NCBI RefSeq assembly: GCF_001194135.2
Contig: NC_068997.1
Location: 22,709,289-22,748,990 of the forward strand
Direction of reading: 5' to 3'
DNA length: 39,702 nt
Source of the DNA: Octopus bimaculoides
Lineage: Eukaryota
This document shows, piece by piece, positions 1-10,846 of this stretch. A model generated the notes under the pieces. The model did not search any database, was not told the origin of the DNA, and saw nothing but the letters and a program-made list of their open reading frames with translations. Numbering within the stretch: the first letter of the stretch is position 1; each line of letters starts with the position of its first letter. A program made the position numbers and the translations under genes.

Positions 1-46
<46 letters not shown>

Positions 47-265
47 GTGTGTATATATATATATATATATAGATACATACATATGTATACATATATGTAT
101 ATTTATATACGTACATATATATATCCATGTATATATGTATATGTATGTATGTATGTATGTATGTATACATACAAACATACATGCATACCTACATATATAC
201 ATAAGTGTGTGTATATGTGTCTGTGCGCGTGTGTGTGTGGACATATATTCACACATAAATATTTA
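1..265. repeat. Compound (TA)n/(TATG)n/(TG)n microsatellite
   Basis: Directly visible simple repeats; they explain the YIYI/CVCV ORFs at 45-305. Confidence 0.95.
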
Positions 266-272
266 TATTTAC

Positions 273-348
273 GTGGCTTACGTGGTTAAGCTGCCGGACA
301 CATGATCGTAAGGTTGTGGTTTTGATTCCTGCACAGGGCAGTGCGTTG
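273..348 (+). mobile_element. Degenerate tRNA-derived SINE head
   Basis: GTGGCTTACGTGGTTAAG (A-box-like) and GGTTTTGATTCC (B-box-like) at tRNA spacing. Confidence 0.45.
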
Positions 349-778
349 TAATCTTCTGCTCTGTGGTTACTCTAAGAATATCGATTTCTTGCTTTGGACT
401 GGACATTTTTCGGGAAGGATGTAGTTAATTATATCAACTTTACTATTTTACTTCTTAGTGTATCTATTTCGAAGTGATCAACAAAATAAAAGCAGGCTTG
501 TAGGGATTTGAACGTGGCTGCTAAAGGGGCAAACATAAAAAAATATAATGAATTATTTCAGACGCTAAATGGCACTTATCAATGTTCGTATGACCACTAT
601 ACGAATATTAATGATTGCTTATTTCGACACTATTATAGCAATTCGGGGGGGAAAAGAAGAGCCGAATTATATCGATCCTAATTTTTGACCAACACATACT
701 TTAATATACGGACCTTGCACAAGTTAAATCCAGAGCTAGCTCTGAGGGAAAATTCGTATGCAATAATCCTTTCTACTA

Positions 779-979
779 TAAGCACAGGGCCTGGAATTTG
801 TTGGAGGGCTAAGTTGATTACATCGATCCCAGTGGTCGGCTGGTACTTATTTCATCGATCCGAAAGGATAAAACGCAAAGTCGTTTTCGACGAAATTTGA
901 ACTCAGAGCGTAAGGACGGAAGAAATGCTGCTAAGCATTTTTTCCGGCATGCTAACGATTCTGCTAGCTCATCGCCTTA
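779..979 (-). mobile_element. SINE family A copy (tRNA-like head plus conserved central domain)
   Basis: Reverse complement matches the family repeated more than 10 times in this window (GGCGAGCTGGCAGAATCGTTAGCA...GTTCAAATTCCGCCGAGGTCGACTTTGCCTTTCATCCTTTCGGGGTCGATAAA). Confidence 0.85.
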
Positions 980-1036
980 AATTCATAAGTAATAATATTT
1001 ACCATAATTTCAGTTTTAATCACTATATTAAAAAGT

Positions 1037-1670
1037 CTACCACCGATATTCATTCCACATTTCAACATTCTTAGCCTCCAAAATTTTCCTAAGAAGAATT
1101 TGAAAGAAAATGAAAAATTTCATAACATTGTAGTTCACAGATTCTGCCAAGCCTATTCTCAAGAGAATGCAGAAATGTAGATTTATCTTTGCAGAAAAAT
1201 ATCTCATTTTTGTCACGAATTTTAAAGAATTCAGTAACGTGAATGAGATAATTCGAAAATATAACACAAGAAATCATATATTTTATGTTTGCTAACACGT
1301 ATTTCGTCAAGTATTCATGACTTGGTTTCGAGAGCGAAATTTCAAGAAGAGGCTATCATTATTGGCTGTAGACACTTTTGCGTCTTTAACGTATGTACTA
1401 CCGTCCTTCTCATCTTGTGTGAACCTTAGAAATATCATGTGTCGGCCTGGGTACAGTGCTTTACACATTTTCCCGCTGGAAAATGCTTTGAGATTTCGTT
1501 GTTCGTGTTGCAGAATGTCTATGTTGAGGAATTTTGGTATGTTTTAAAGTCGTTCGGTGATTTTCACTAGAATCTAGATGTCTTGGTTACATTTCTCTTG
1601 AAAATGTCCGAAGACAAATTCCATGTCGGGAATGTTTCTGTTGAATCTGAATTCACGTTGAATCTTTCAG
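1037..1670 (-). pseudogene. Possible decayed coding relic, unidentified
   Basis: Three stop-free stretches of about 76-87 codons in non-repetitive AT-rich sequence (NIPKFLNID...QVMNT; PLLEISLSK...LSNSS; LYFRIIS...NEYRW), interrupted by stops; no family recognised. Confidence 0.25.
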
Positions 1671-1774
1671 GTGTATACTCTTGCAATAGCTAACACTAAT
1701 ATGTTTAAGAGCATTTTAAAACTATATGAGGTCAAATCTCCTATAACATCAGCTTCCAAACATAGGAAATATCT

Positions 1775-2042
1775 ATGTGGTAAAAACTTAGCTTGCTAAC
1801 CATATGGTATCGTGTTCAGTCCCATTGCAAGAATCTTGGGCAAGTACCTGCCTCTCTAGTCCCAACCGATAAAAGCCTTATGAAGGGCTTCGGTAGACGG
1901 GAAAGAAGCCCGTTTTCAACATGTGTGTGCGCGTGCGTGTGTGTATGTGCGCGCGCACATGTGCGTGTATCTCTCTGTGTGTATAAATACATGTGTGTGG
2001 TATATGTGTGTGGTATATGTGTGTGTGTGTGTGTGCGTGCGT
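1775..2042 (+). mobile_element. SINE family B head followed by (TG)n microsatellite
   Basis: TAGCTTGCTAACCATATGG...GTTCAGTCCCA...CTTGGGCAAGT...GGTAGACGGGAAAGAAGCCCG is similar to the copies at 24621 and 33060-33272. Confidence 0.7.
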
Positions 2043-2354
2043 ATTGTTGCTATTATGCAAAAGTGTCGTAAGTCCAAAATGCTGCTTTTTTAGAAAACAA
2101 AAAAATACTTTCACCATTCCATAGCAAAACCGTTATACTACAATTTTTGATATCTTGGCATCTGAAGCAGCTGGAAATACAGTAGTTTGACCAAAAGACC
2201 CGGCTATTGTATGCAAAAATAAATATTGAAAAAAAAACGCATTTGGCCCAATTTGGACATACGACAGTTTAACATAATAGTAACGATAGGCTTATTGATT
2301 TAACGGCTGAGTATTCCACAGATACGCTGACCCTTAAGGTATCAGCATTACACC

Positions 2355-2430
2355 GTGTGACAATAAGGGACATCAGTCGGTACAATCCGGCTGTGTGACA
2401 ATAATGGATGTCAGCCGGATTGTACCGGCT
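2355..2430. repeat. 38-bp tandem duplication with an inverted 6-nt loop
   Basis: GTGTGACAATAA-GGGACA-TCAGTCGG-TACAAT-CCGGCT followed by GTGTGACAATAA-TGGATG-TCAGCCGG-ATTGTA-CCGGCT. Confidence 0.85.
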
Positions 2431-2839
2431 GACGTACTTCTATAAAGTTTCTCTCTAAGCAGTTGAATTCACAATGTACGGGGACAATGCTAGACTGTGG
2501 AAAACTGCTTTTATCCGAGACCCCACGCAACGGAATTGAAACTGTGATCTTATGATAGCGAGGTAGATTTCTTAACCATTCGCTCAAAGTGCACCTCCCA
2601 TACATACACACAGGCAAATATACGTACATATACATAAGCACTTGCATATGTGGGTGCAGACGCATACACACACATACATACACGCATACGTTCAATCATT
2701 GATGATTCTTCTGCTTGAAGGGACGACGTATTAGATTCGATCTGTGATCCCGTTAATCTTCAGTCTAGTGATCATCGACCGTTGAACTTAATTGAGTCTT
2801 CTTTTAGTAATTTGAAGTGAACTGTAATGACATACGATG

Positions 2840-2900
2840 CTCCTCGAAAGTTTAAAGGTACAAGTATATCAGTAACTGGTATTACATCTGATGAGGGGAG
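2840..2900 (+). ncRNA. Candidate degenerate type II (permuted) hammerhead-like motif
   Basis: CTCCTC-GAAA (2840-2849)...GTA...hairpin GTATATCAG-TAA-CTGGTATTAC...CTGATGA-GGGGAG (2888-2900). CTCCTC pairs with GGGGAG as helix II; helix III and the helix I junction are imperfect. Confidence 0.35.
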
Positions 2901-2944
2901 GAAAGCATTTTTGCAGCAATAACAACACAATCAAACATTAATAC

Positions 2945-2986
2945 AAGGTACACACACACGCATAATATATATATATATATATGGGC

Positions 2987-3020
<34 letters not shown>

Positions 3021-3079
3021 GTGTATATATATGTATACATACAGATATGTATATATATATATATATATACATATGTGTG

Positions 3080-3169
<90 letters not shown>

Positions 3170-3380
3170 TATATATCAAATGTTTGCATAAATGTGTGTA
3201 TATATTTATATGTATATATATTTGTGTGTGTGTGTGTGTATATACATACATATATACATATATATGCACACATAAATACACGCATATGTACACACATGTA
3301 TACAAACATTTTAGACACGTATATATATGTATGCATGCATGTATGTGTGTGTGTGCGTGTGTATGTATGTATACGCATAT
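2945..3380. repeat. (TA)n/(GA)n/(TG)n compound microsatellite
   Basis: Directly visible. Confidence 0.95.
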
Positions 3381-3732
3381 ATAAAATAATAATTTGCTAT
3401 GTTTAACATCCCAAATATCGATCACTTTGCAATTATAATCCAAGAATAATATTCCACAGTTTGAATTGTGCATTGTACCAAAAGCAATTTCAAATTGAAA
3501 TCCAAACATAGAACTAAAATTAGAAGACGAGAAAAGAAGAATCAGAAATCAGTACCAGTAAAATTGCTAGAGCGCTGGAAACAAAATGGTTTGCAACATT
3601 GATGCCGGATCTTCATGATCTAATGTCAAATCCTGCCGAGGTCAACGTTGTCTTCCCTCTTATTTTTGGGGAATCAACAAAATAAACGTCCACTTAAATG
3701 CCGAAGTTGATTTAATCGAATAACGTTCTCCA

Positions 3733-3937
3733 ACTGATTATACGTCATTGATTGGTTAAAATTAACCAAATACGACAACTTTAACACGAAATAACTTCTA
3801 AAATATGTAATTTTGTCTAAAATGTTGAAAGTGAACCGTGTTCAGCATGAGAAATTACACTAGTATACGAAGTTTCCAACTGTTTAGTTTTTAAAAAATT
3901 ATTATTAAAATATCTGTGAGCGAAACTGAACAGATCC
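3733..3937 (-). mobile_element. Truncated arm of GGATCT-terminated MITE family
   Basis: Ends CTGAACAGATCC, the reverse complement of GGATCTGTTCAG at 8018; internal region matches the left arm of the 4255-4886 element. Confidence 0.75.
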
Positions 3938-4254
3938 AAATAAAAAACCGATACTGAACTTACTATTCGCATAACGACACACCCAAAAAAACATACATGA
4001 ATACATACATACACACATACACACGCAAACGAACAAAAAAACCTTGTTGATGCTGAAATTCCATTGAAGGAACCTCGGATCTAGGTTAGAGACCGGCTCT
4101 TTCTCTATTGCCAAGAAATCTTGAAATTAAACTGAGAAATGACATACATATGCACATACATACATACATACATACATACATACATACATACATACACACC
4201 CAGATATATAGATACATACGCACGCAATCACACACACACACATATATATAAATG

Positions 4255-4886
4255 GGATCTATTTCAAAACGGGGGCACCAGTATTTTCTTAAAGAAACTC
4301 TAACGAAACACTTTGAAACTTGGGACACTAGTAGAATGTGTCATATAAAACATCTTTTACTCTTAGTCTTCTTAACAAAAAAAATGTACATCGCAAGTTA
4401 TTCCATGTTAAAGTTGTCGTATTTCTGTAATTTCAACCAATCACTGACGTCTATTCAGCTGAATAGAGTTACTGCTGGGCGGTCATAAAAATGTTATTCC
4501 CTGTGACATATTTCATCCGGTTTAATCGTAATTTATACGCATATATTGGTTATATGATAAATTACGCTGTGCGTATCTATGTGTGTAACAATTTTAGAGT
4601 TCGGATTCTAGAGTTAGGGTTAGTTTTAGTGTTAGGGTTAGGGTTAGGGGATTAATACGATATACACCGTTACAGCGCTAACTGTTTTCAACTGAATAGA
4701 CGTCAGTGATTAGTAGAAATTATCGAAATAAGACAATTTTTTACATGAAATAAATTCGAATACAATTTTTTTTTTCTGTTCTATAAGACAAAATAGATAA
4801 GTATACGAAGTTTGAAAGTCTTTCGGTACCAAAAACACTACATAAAACATAAATGAAAACTGGTGCCCCCGTTTTAAAATAGATCC
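4255..4886. mobile_element. Complete non-autonomous TIR element (Merlin-like MITE), 632 bp, 8-bp TSD
   Basis: 28-bp TIRs GGATCTATTTCAAAACGGGGGCACCAGT / ACTGGTGCCCCCGTTTTAAAATAGATCC (1 mismatch); identical TATAAATG at 4247-4254 and 4887-4894; internal inverted arms; degenerate TTAGGG array at about 4594-4651. GG termini with an 8-bp TSD fit Merlin; the superfamily is inferred. Confidence 0.85.
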
Positions 4887-5278
4887 TATAAATGTGTGTG
4901 TGTGTGTGTGTGTGTGTGCATGTTTGTATTGGATCCAAATGCAATATACGTGTGTGCCTTAGATCACCATTCCAAAAGTCATTAGAAGAGGTGTACGTAC
5001 ATAGACACACATAAAGATACATATACAGCATATGTATAAATCGATGTACCTGTATTCATACGCTGTGTGTATGTGTGAGCGGATGTGTATGTGTGAGCGG
5101 ATGTGTATGCATCGTTATGAATAAATTACTTGACTTCATTAAAAGTCGGCAATGTCTTTCATCTTTTGATGTTGGCGTCGCTCAAAAGTAAAATTGGAGG
5201 GTCTTTTAAACGGAAATTTTAGAACTTCGCAACATCTTCCTTATCATCTATTCGTATAGACACACACACACACATGCA

Positions 5279-5289
5279 CTCTCCCTCTC

Positions 5290-5381
<92 letters not shown>
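5279..5381. repeat. (CT)n microsatellite
   Basis: Directly visible. Confidence 0.95.
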
Positions 5382-5383
<2 letters not shown>

Positions 5384-5989
5384 CATACAAACAGATAATA
5401 TATATATATATATATATATATACAGAGAGAGAAGGAGAGAATAGACATCGCTGTATTCACAGATAGATACAGAGGGTAAGATTCAACATTAGAAAATAGA
5501 GATAATATATATATATATTATCAACTGTATACCCTTTTCTATCTATCTAATTATCACACACTCTACCACCTCTCTCTTTCCCTCTCTGTCTCTCTTTCCC
5601 TCTCTCTCTCTTTCCTTCTCTCTCTCTCTCCCTCTCTCCCTCTCTCTCTCCCTTTAAATCTATATCGAGATAAATATCTTTCCGTCTGTCACTTGTGTGC
5701 GTATGATATATATGATTTGTTTGTTTATATATTTTTTTAACCTAACCTATATCTTTTGATGTTCTATCGGCCTCCGGACATTCTCCACTGACCTGTTACT
5801 TTTATGGCCCTATGGTCCACTGCTTCTATACTACTTATCACATGGCTTGGTTGCTTAAAGAAGGGGCGGGCTGGTTGGCCGATGGGCCGGCTGGCTGGCT
5901 AACTGCTGCCTGGTTTGTTGGTCTGTAGGTCGGTTGGTTTGGTGTCACTGCGGCTGTCGTTCTTATTTAACTACAGTTCAGCTATGATC

Positions 5990-6716
5990 ACGGTAATAAA
6001 GTCACAGGAAAAAATTACAGTTTTGTCCTGGGTTTTTTGTCCGAGGGGGTTTTGTCCTAGGGGGCTTTGTCCGGATCCCATGAATTAGTTGACTTTATTA
6101 CCGGCCACCATAAATTAATTGTGATTTTTTTTTCCCTGTGACATTTTTTTCCTAGCCAAAATTGTGACTTTAATACTTTGACTGGTGGAGATGGAGTATA
6201 TGTAATCTGGGTATACCCCACCCCTTTTAAATTTTTTTTTTTTTTTACGGAATCCTATGTTTCAGACCATGGAGAATCCGATTCTGAAAAAAAAATTTCA
6301 AAAATCTCAATTTCAAAATTTCGATCCCCCCCCCCACGGTTTTTATATAGATCCACAGGGTAAACCTAACCCTAACTCAAACCCTAACCCTAACCCTAAC
6401 CCTGACCGTAACCCTGACCCTAACCCTAACCCTGACCCTAACCCTAAACCTAAACCTAACCCTAACACTAGTTTTGTGAGATTTGGCTGTTATTTCTAGC
6501 ATGTAAATAGCCTGCTTTGTGGTGGTGGTGGTGGGGTTAGGGTTAGGGTTAGGGTTAGGGTTAGGGTTAGGGTTAGGGTTCAAAATTTTTTTTTTAAGAA
6601 TCGGAATCTCCATAGCCTAAAACGTGGGATTCCGTAAAATAAAATTAATAAATAAGGGGGGTGGGAAAGGTTCAGATTACATATAGTCTATCTCTACCCT
6701 TTGACTTTATTACCGT
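5990..6716. mobile_element. Inverted-motif DNA-element remnant enclosing the telomeric foldback element
   Basis: ACGGTAATAAAGTCA (5990-6004) is inverted at 6702-6716 (15/15) and 6090-6103 (14/14); repeated TTTGTCC motifs at about 6021-6072. Confidence 0.55.
6197..6685. mobile_element. Foldback/MITE with inverted telomere-repeat arrays
   Basis: TATATGTAATCTG (6197-6209) / CAGATTACATATA (6673-6685); long imperfect inverted arms (TTACGGAATCC...GATTCT vs AGAATC...GGATTCCGTAA); (CCCTAA)n at about 6362-6466 and seven perfect TTAGGG units at 6537-6578. Confidence 0.85.
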
Positions 6717-7739
6717 TCACCTTACATTTCCAGTGATGGATTGGATCTGTAGACTTCCAATAAGCTTTCTCATGTATGTATGTATGTGCGTATATATGTT
6801 TGCTTATGTGCATGCGTAGGTCAGTGACTGTACGTATATAAGTATGTTTATGTGCGTTTGTGTATGTATGAGTAACTTTTCTTGTTTTTGTCAACGTTAT
6901 CTTTTATATTGCTGATGTTGTTGTCCTTCTGGTCGTTATTACGGCCGCCATTTTAGCTTTTGTTGTTGATTTTCAACTTTTATTATAGAGTAAAGTCATT
7001 AGACGTCATAAAATTGATAAAACTGGAGTAGGGTACTATAAGAAAGAAAGAATAAGATGAGAAGTATGTCTGAGACAGAAAAAATTAGGTCAGAGATTGA
7101 GATGTAGAAAGAAAATAAGGAGTAAGAATGAAGAGACTTTAAAAAGAAAAAAAAACGAAAAGTAAGAACAAGAGAGACTATCAGAAATAAAGAAAAACAT
7201 TTTGAAAAAGGAAAGAAAAACGAGAGCAAATAGTGCTAGAAAGAAAGAGAGGAAGAAGGACTGAAAGGGTGTAAGGGAAGTGTAGATACATATGAAATAT
7301 TGAAAGGAAAGAAAAACAGAAAAGGGGTTTTTTTGCTAACGAGATTTTCGGTATATTTGAAGGTCAGTAATTTTGGACGGAAGGAAACAGTGACCATTAA
7401 TGCCCCTGTTCCGCCCTTCCCACATAAAATCCTCCTTCACCTTTTTCGGTCTTACAACAAAGGGGCCGGCATCTTAATCACCACTACAACCCTTCACATT
7501 AATGATCTTTGCTCTTTAACCGACTCTCTTTTTTTCTAATGGTCGCGTGTTTTCTTTTTCTCTCTTAATTTTCTAATTCTCGGTATACGTTGCCTCCTCT
7601 CTTGCACTCTCTCTTTAACGATCTATCTATCTACTATTTTGTCGATCTGCTTGTCTGTCTATTTGCCTGTCTTCTTTTTCTGTCTATCTCTCTATCACTG
7701 ACAGTGCTGTGTTAAACGTTGAAGCGTGAATGCGTGCGA

Positions 7740-7746
7740 GCCTCTC

Positions 7747-7801
<55 letters not shown>

Positions 7802-7976
7802 ATCTCTCTCGCTCTCTCTACCTCATCTCTCTCTCACTCACGCTCTCTCGCTCTCTCTCTCCCCCTCTCTCTCTCTCACACGCTCTCTCGCTCTCTCTCC
7901 CCCTCTCTTTCTCTATGTGCGTGCGAGTGTATGTGTGTGTACGTGCGTGCGTGTGTGCGTGCGTGCGTGCGTGTGT
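7740..7976. repeat. (CT)n plus (GT/GCGT)n microsatellite
   Basis: Directly visible. Confidence 0.95.
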
Positions 7977-8017
7977 AATCAGAGAGCGAGAAAGAAGCAG
8001 TAAAAGAATGAAAGAGC

Positions 8018-8245
8018 GGATCTGTTCAGATTGGCTGAGATTTTTTAATTAATTTTCTTTTTTTTAACTAAACAGTTCGAAACTTCGTTTACTGGTGGAA
8101 TGTCTCACACAGATCACGGTTTACTTTGAACATTTTTGACAAAATTTGGTATTTTAACAGTTATTTCGGCGTAAAGTTGTTGCATTTGGGTAATTTCAAC
8201 CAATCAGCGACGTGTATTCGGTTGAAGAAAGCTACTGCTGTTTGT
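8018..8245 (+). mobile_element. Truncated left arm of GGATCT-terminated MITE family
   Basis: Starts GGATCTGTTCAG; similar to 4300-4485, including TTTCAACCAATCAGCGACGT. Confidence 0.75.
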
Positions 8246-9193
8246 GAGAGTAATCGAAGAGTAATAACTTCCGGGTTATCTCTACCGCCTGTTTTTATCA
8301 TTATTAATTAACAACTAAATAATCATCATTGGTATAGAAATTACACAATAGTTACCAACTCGTACACATAGAAACTAAAAGAATTTAGTAGAGATCCAAT
8401 ATTTCACACATTCATTCAATTGCTTGATCTTAGATTCAATTAATGTCACACCATTAATTAATAATATTTAATTATTCAATTTACAGCTTACATTTTTCTT
8501 TTCGTCTATCAATTTATGAAGTTTCATTCAGTTTATTTTGCTCCATATAAATTTATTACTACTTGTTTTTCAATCTCGTCTAATTGAAGAGATTACAAGT
8601 TTACATACTCAATAACAGTTCCAGTGTATAGAAACTTGCAATTTATATTATCTTTAATTCAATCCACTTTGATTTTATCCACATATTAATTTATACACTC
8701 GTTTATATTTCATTCTATAGAGTTTCTATACAATTTATCTTAATTTACTACCATATATTTTCTACGCAATACATTTGATTAGAAAATACAATTTCACTAA
8801 TATATATTAAATTGTTCTCAATGCTAATGTGTAATTTACATAGATACGCATTGTTGTTGTTGTTGCTACTGTTGTGAAACAATACTCCAACCATACGACT
8901 CTGAATAATGAAGGTTATTTAAAGCTTTATAATTATGTCAATATTTAGATAGGAATTTCTATTACATATATCGGTTATATGCACGGAACCATCACATCTG
9001 AAAATACTAAAATACTAGTACAACAGAAACAAGTGTCGGCATATTGAATGCTGAAAAATCTTAGTTGAAAATACATAATTCTCGATTCCTTGTTATGTTC
9101 TCATACAAAAATCTGAGGAATTTCAGGTTTCAAAGCGTAATGCTGATCCTCAATTATTCAAATTTCCATATTTTGTAGAAAAAAGTGTTGGCG

Positions 9194-9267
9194 GACGGCT
9201 ATGAGACACGAACTCACACCTACGTGGTTACGCGTCGCGGTGCTCTACACCATTAAGCTAAACCACC
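9194..9267 (-). tRNA. tRNA-like sequence (pseudo-tRNA or isolated SINE head)
   Basis: GGTGGTT-TAGCTTAATGGTGTAGAGC...GTGAG-TTCGTGT-CTCAT-AGCCGTC. Acceptor, D and T arms can form; the anticodon stem does not pair; a T6 run follows 9 nt downstream. Confidence 0.55.
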
Positions 9268-10531
9268 CCACACAAGAAATTCTGCAAATTTAAGATGTAA
9301 AGAAATCTCGCTTTATGAGACGCTATCATACGTTAAATTCAAATTACAATGAACGTAAACAAACAAAGGAAGTTTGCTTTAGAAGCGTTGAGATGTCTTA
9401 GAAAGTTCAAGAAGTGATTTTTAAACGCAGGATAATGCTAATAATATAGCCAGAACAGGATAAGCTACCCGTATTTTACAGAAATATATATNNNNNNNNN
9501 NNNNNNNNNNNNNNNNNNNNNNNNNNNNNNNNNNNNNNNNNNNNNNNNNNNNNNNNNNNNNNNNNNNNNNNNNNNNNNNNNNNNNNNNNNNNNNNNNNNN
9601 NNNNNNNNNNNNNNNNNNNNNNNNNNNNNNNNNNNNNNNNNNNNNNNNNNNNNNNNNNNNNNNNNNNNNNNNNNNNNNNNNNNNNNNNNNNNNNNNNNNN
9701 NNNNNNNNNNNNNNNNNNNNNNNNNNNNNNNNNNNNNNNNNNNNNNNNNNNNNNNNNNNNNNNNNNNNNNNNNNNNNNNNNNNNNNNNNNNNNNNNNNNN
9801 NNNNNNNNNNNNNNNNNNNNNNNNNNNNNNNNNNNNNNNNNNNNNNNNNNNNNNNNNNNNNNNNNNNNNNNNNNNNNNNNNNNNNNNNNNNNNNNNNNNN
9901 NNNNNNNNNNNNNNNNNNNNNNNNNNNNNNNNNNNNNNNNNNNNNNNNNNNNNNNNNNNNNNNNNNNNNNNNNNNNNNNNNNNNNNNNNNNNNNNNNNNN
10001 NNNNNNNNNNNNNNNNNNNNNNNNNNNNNNNNNNNNNNNNNNNNNNNNNNNNNNNNNNNNNNNNNNNNNNNNNNNNNNNNNNNNNNNNNNNNNNNNNNNN
10101 NNNNNNNNNNNNNNNNNNNNNNNNNNNNNNNNNNNNNNNNNNNNNNNNNNNNNNNNNNNNNNNNNNNNNNNNNNNNNNNNNNNNNNNNNNNNNNNNNNNN
10201 NNNNNNNNNNNNNNNNNNNNNNNNNNNNNNNNNNNNNNNNNNNNNNNNNNNNNNNNNNNNNNNNNNNNNNNNCTCTCTCTCTCTCTCTCTCTACCTCCCT
10301 CTCTCTCTCCCTCTCCCCCTCTCTCTCTCTCTCTCCCTCTCTCTCTCTCTTCATGTTCACTAATCCCTCATTTTAAAATCTTATGAGTTACATTTTTAGC
10401 TATGAATCTTGTTTTGCCAGATATTCCCCCTCTTTCTCTTTCATGCACCACTCTCTCTTTCTTGCTCAGTCATTCATTTGTGTATGTACGTACATATATA
10501 TGTCTGCATGTATATACGTATGTATATATAT

Positions 10532-10745
10532 GGGACCCTTTTGGTTTGACGGGCAACATTTTTCATTAATGTTTTAGGTAGTGTTTTTTGGAACCGAAAC
10601 ACTTTTAAACTTCGTATACTTGTATAGTTTGTATTATAGAACAGATAAAAATTTTTGTATTCGAAGTTATTTCATGTAAAAAGTTGTATTTCGGTAATTT
10701 CAACCAATCAGTGACGTCTATTGAGGTGAAAACAATAACTGCCGT
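10532..10745 (+). mobile_element. Arm of a related MITE subfamily (GGGACCC terminus)
   Basis: 10558-10740 matches the reverse complement of 4680-4860; the terminal sequence differs. Confidence 0.75.
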
Positions 10746-10810
10746 GGAATGCATGTATGTATATATGTATGCATGTTTTTATGTATATATGTTTGTATGT
10801 ACGTATATAC

Positions 10811-10846
<36 letters not shown>

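Noticed and set aside
1514-1536. 23-nt microexon candidate (NVYVEEF) with CAG/GTATGT
   Set aside because: Such signal pairs arise by chance, and it overlaps the minus-strand coding-like relic.
3375-3513. WD40-like [13 protein letters not shown] after a good minus-strand acceptor
   Set aside because: No convincing donor; the frame runs into a microsatellite; the motif is too short.
6362-6580. True telomere or chromosome-fusion site
   Set aside because: The arrays are short, internal, enclosed in TIRs, and in the wrong orientation for an end-to-end fusion.
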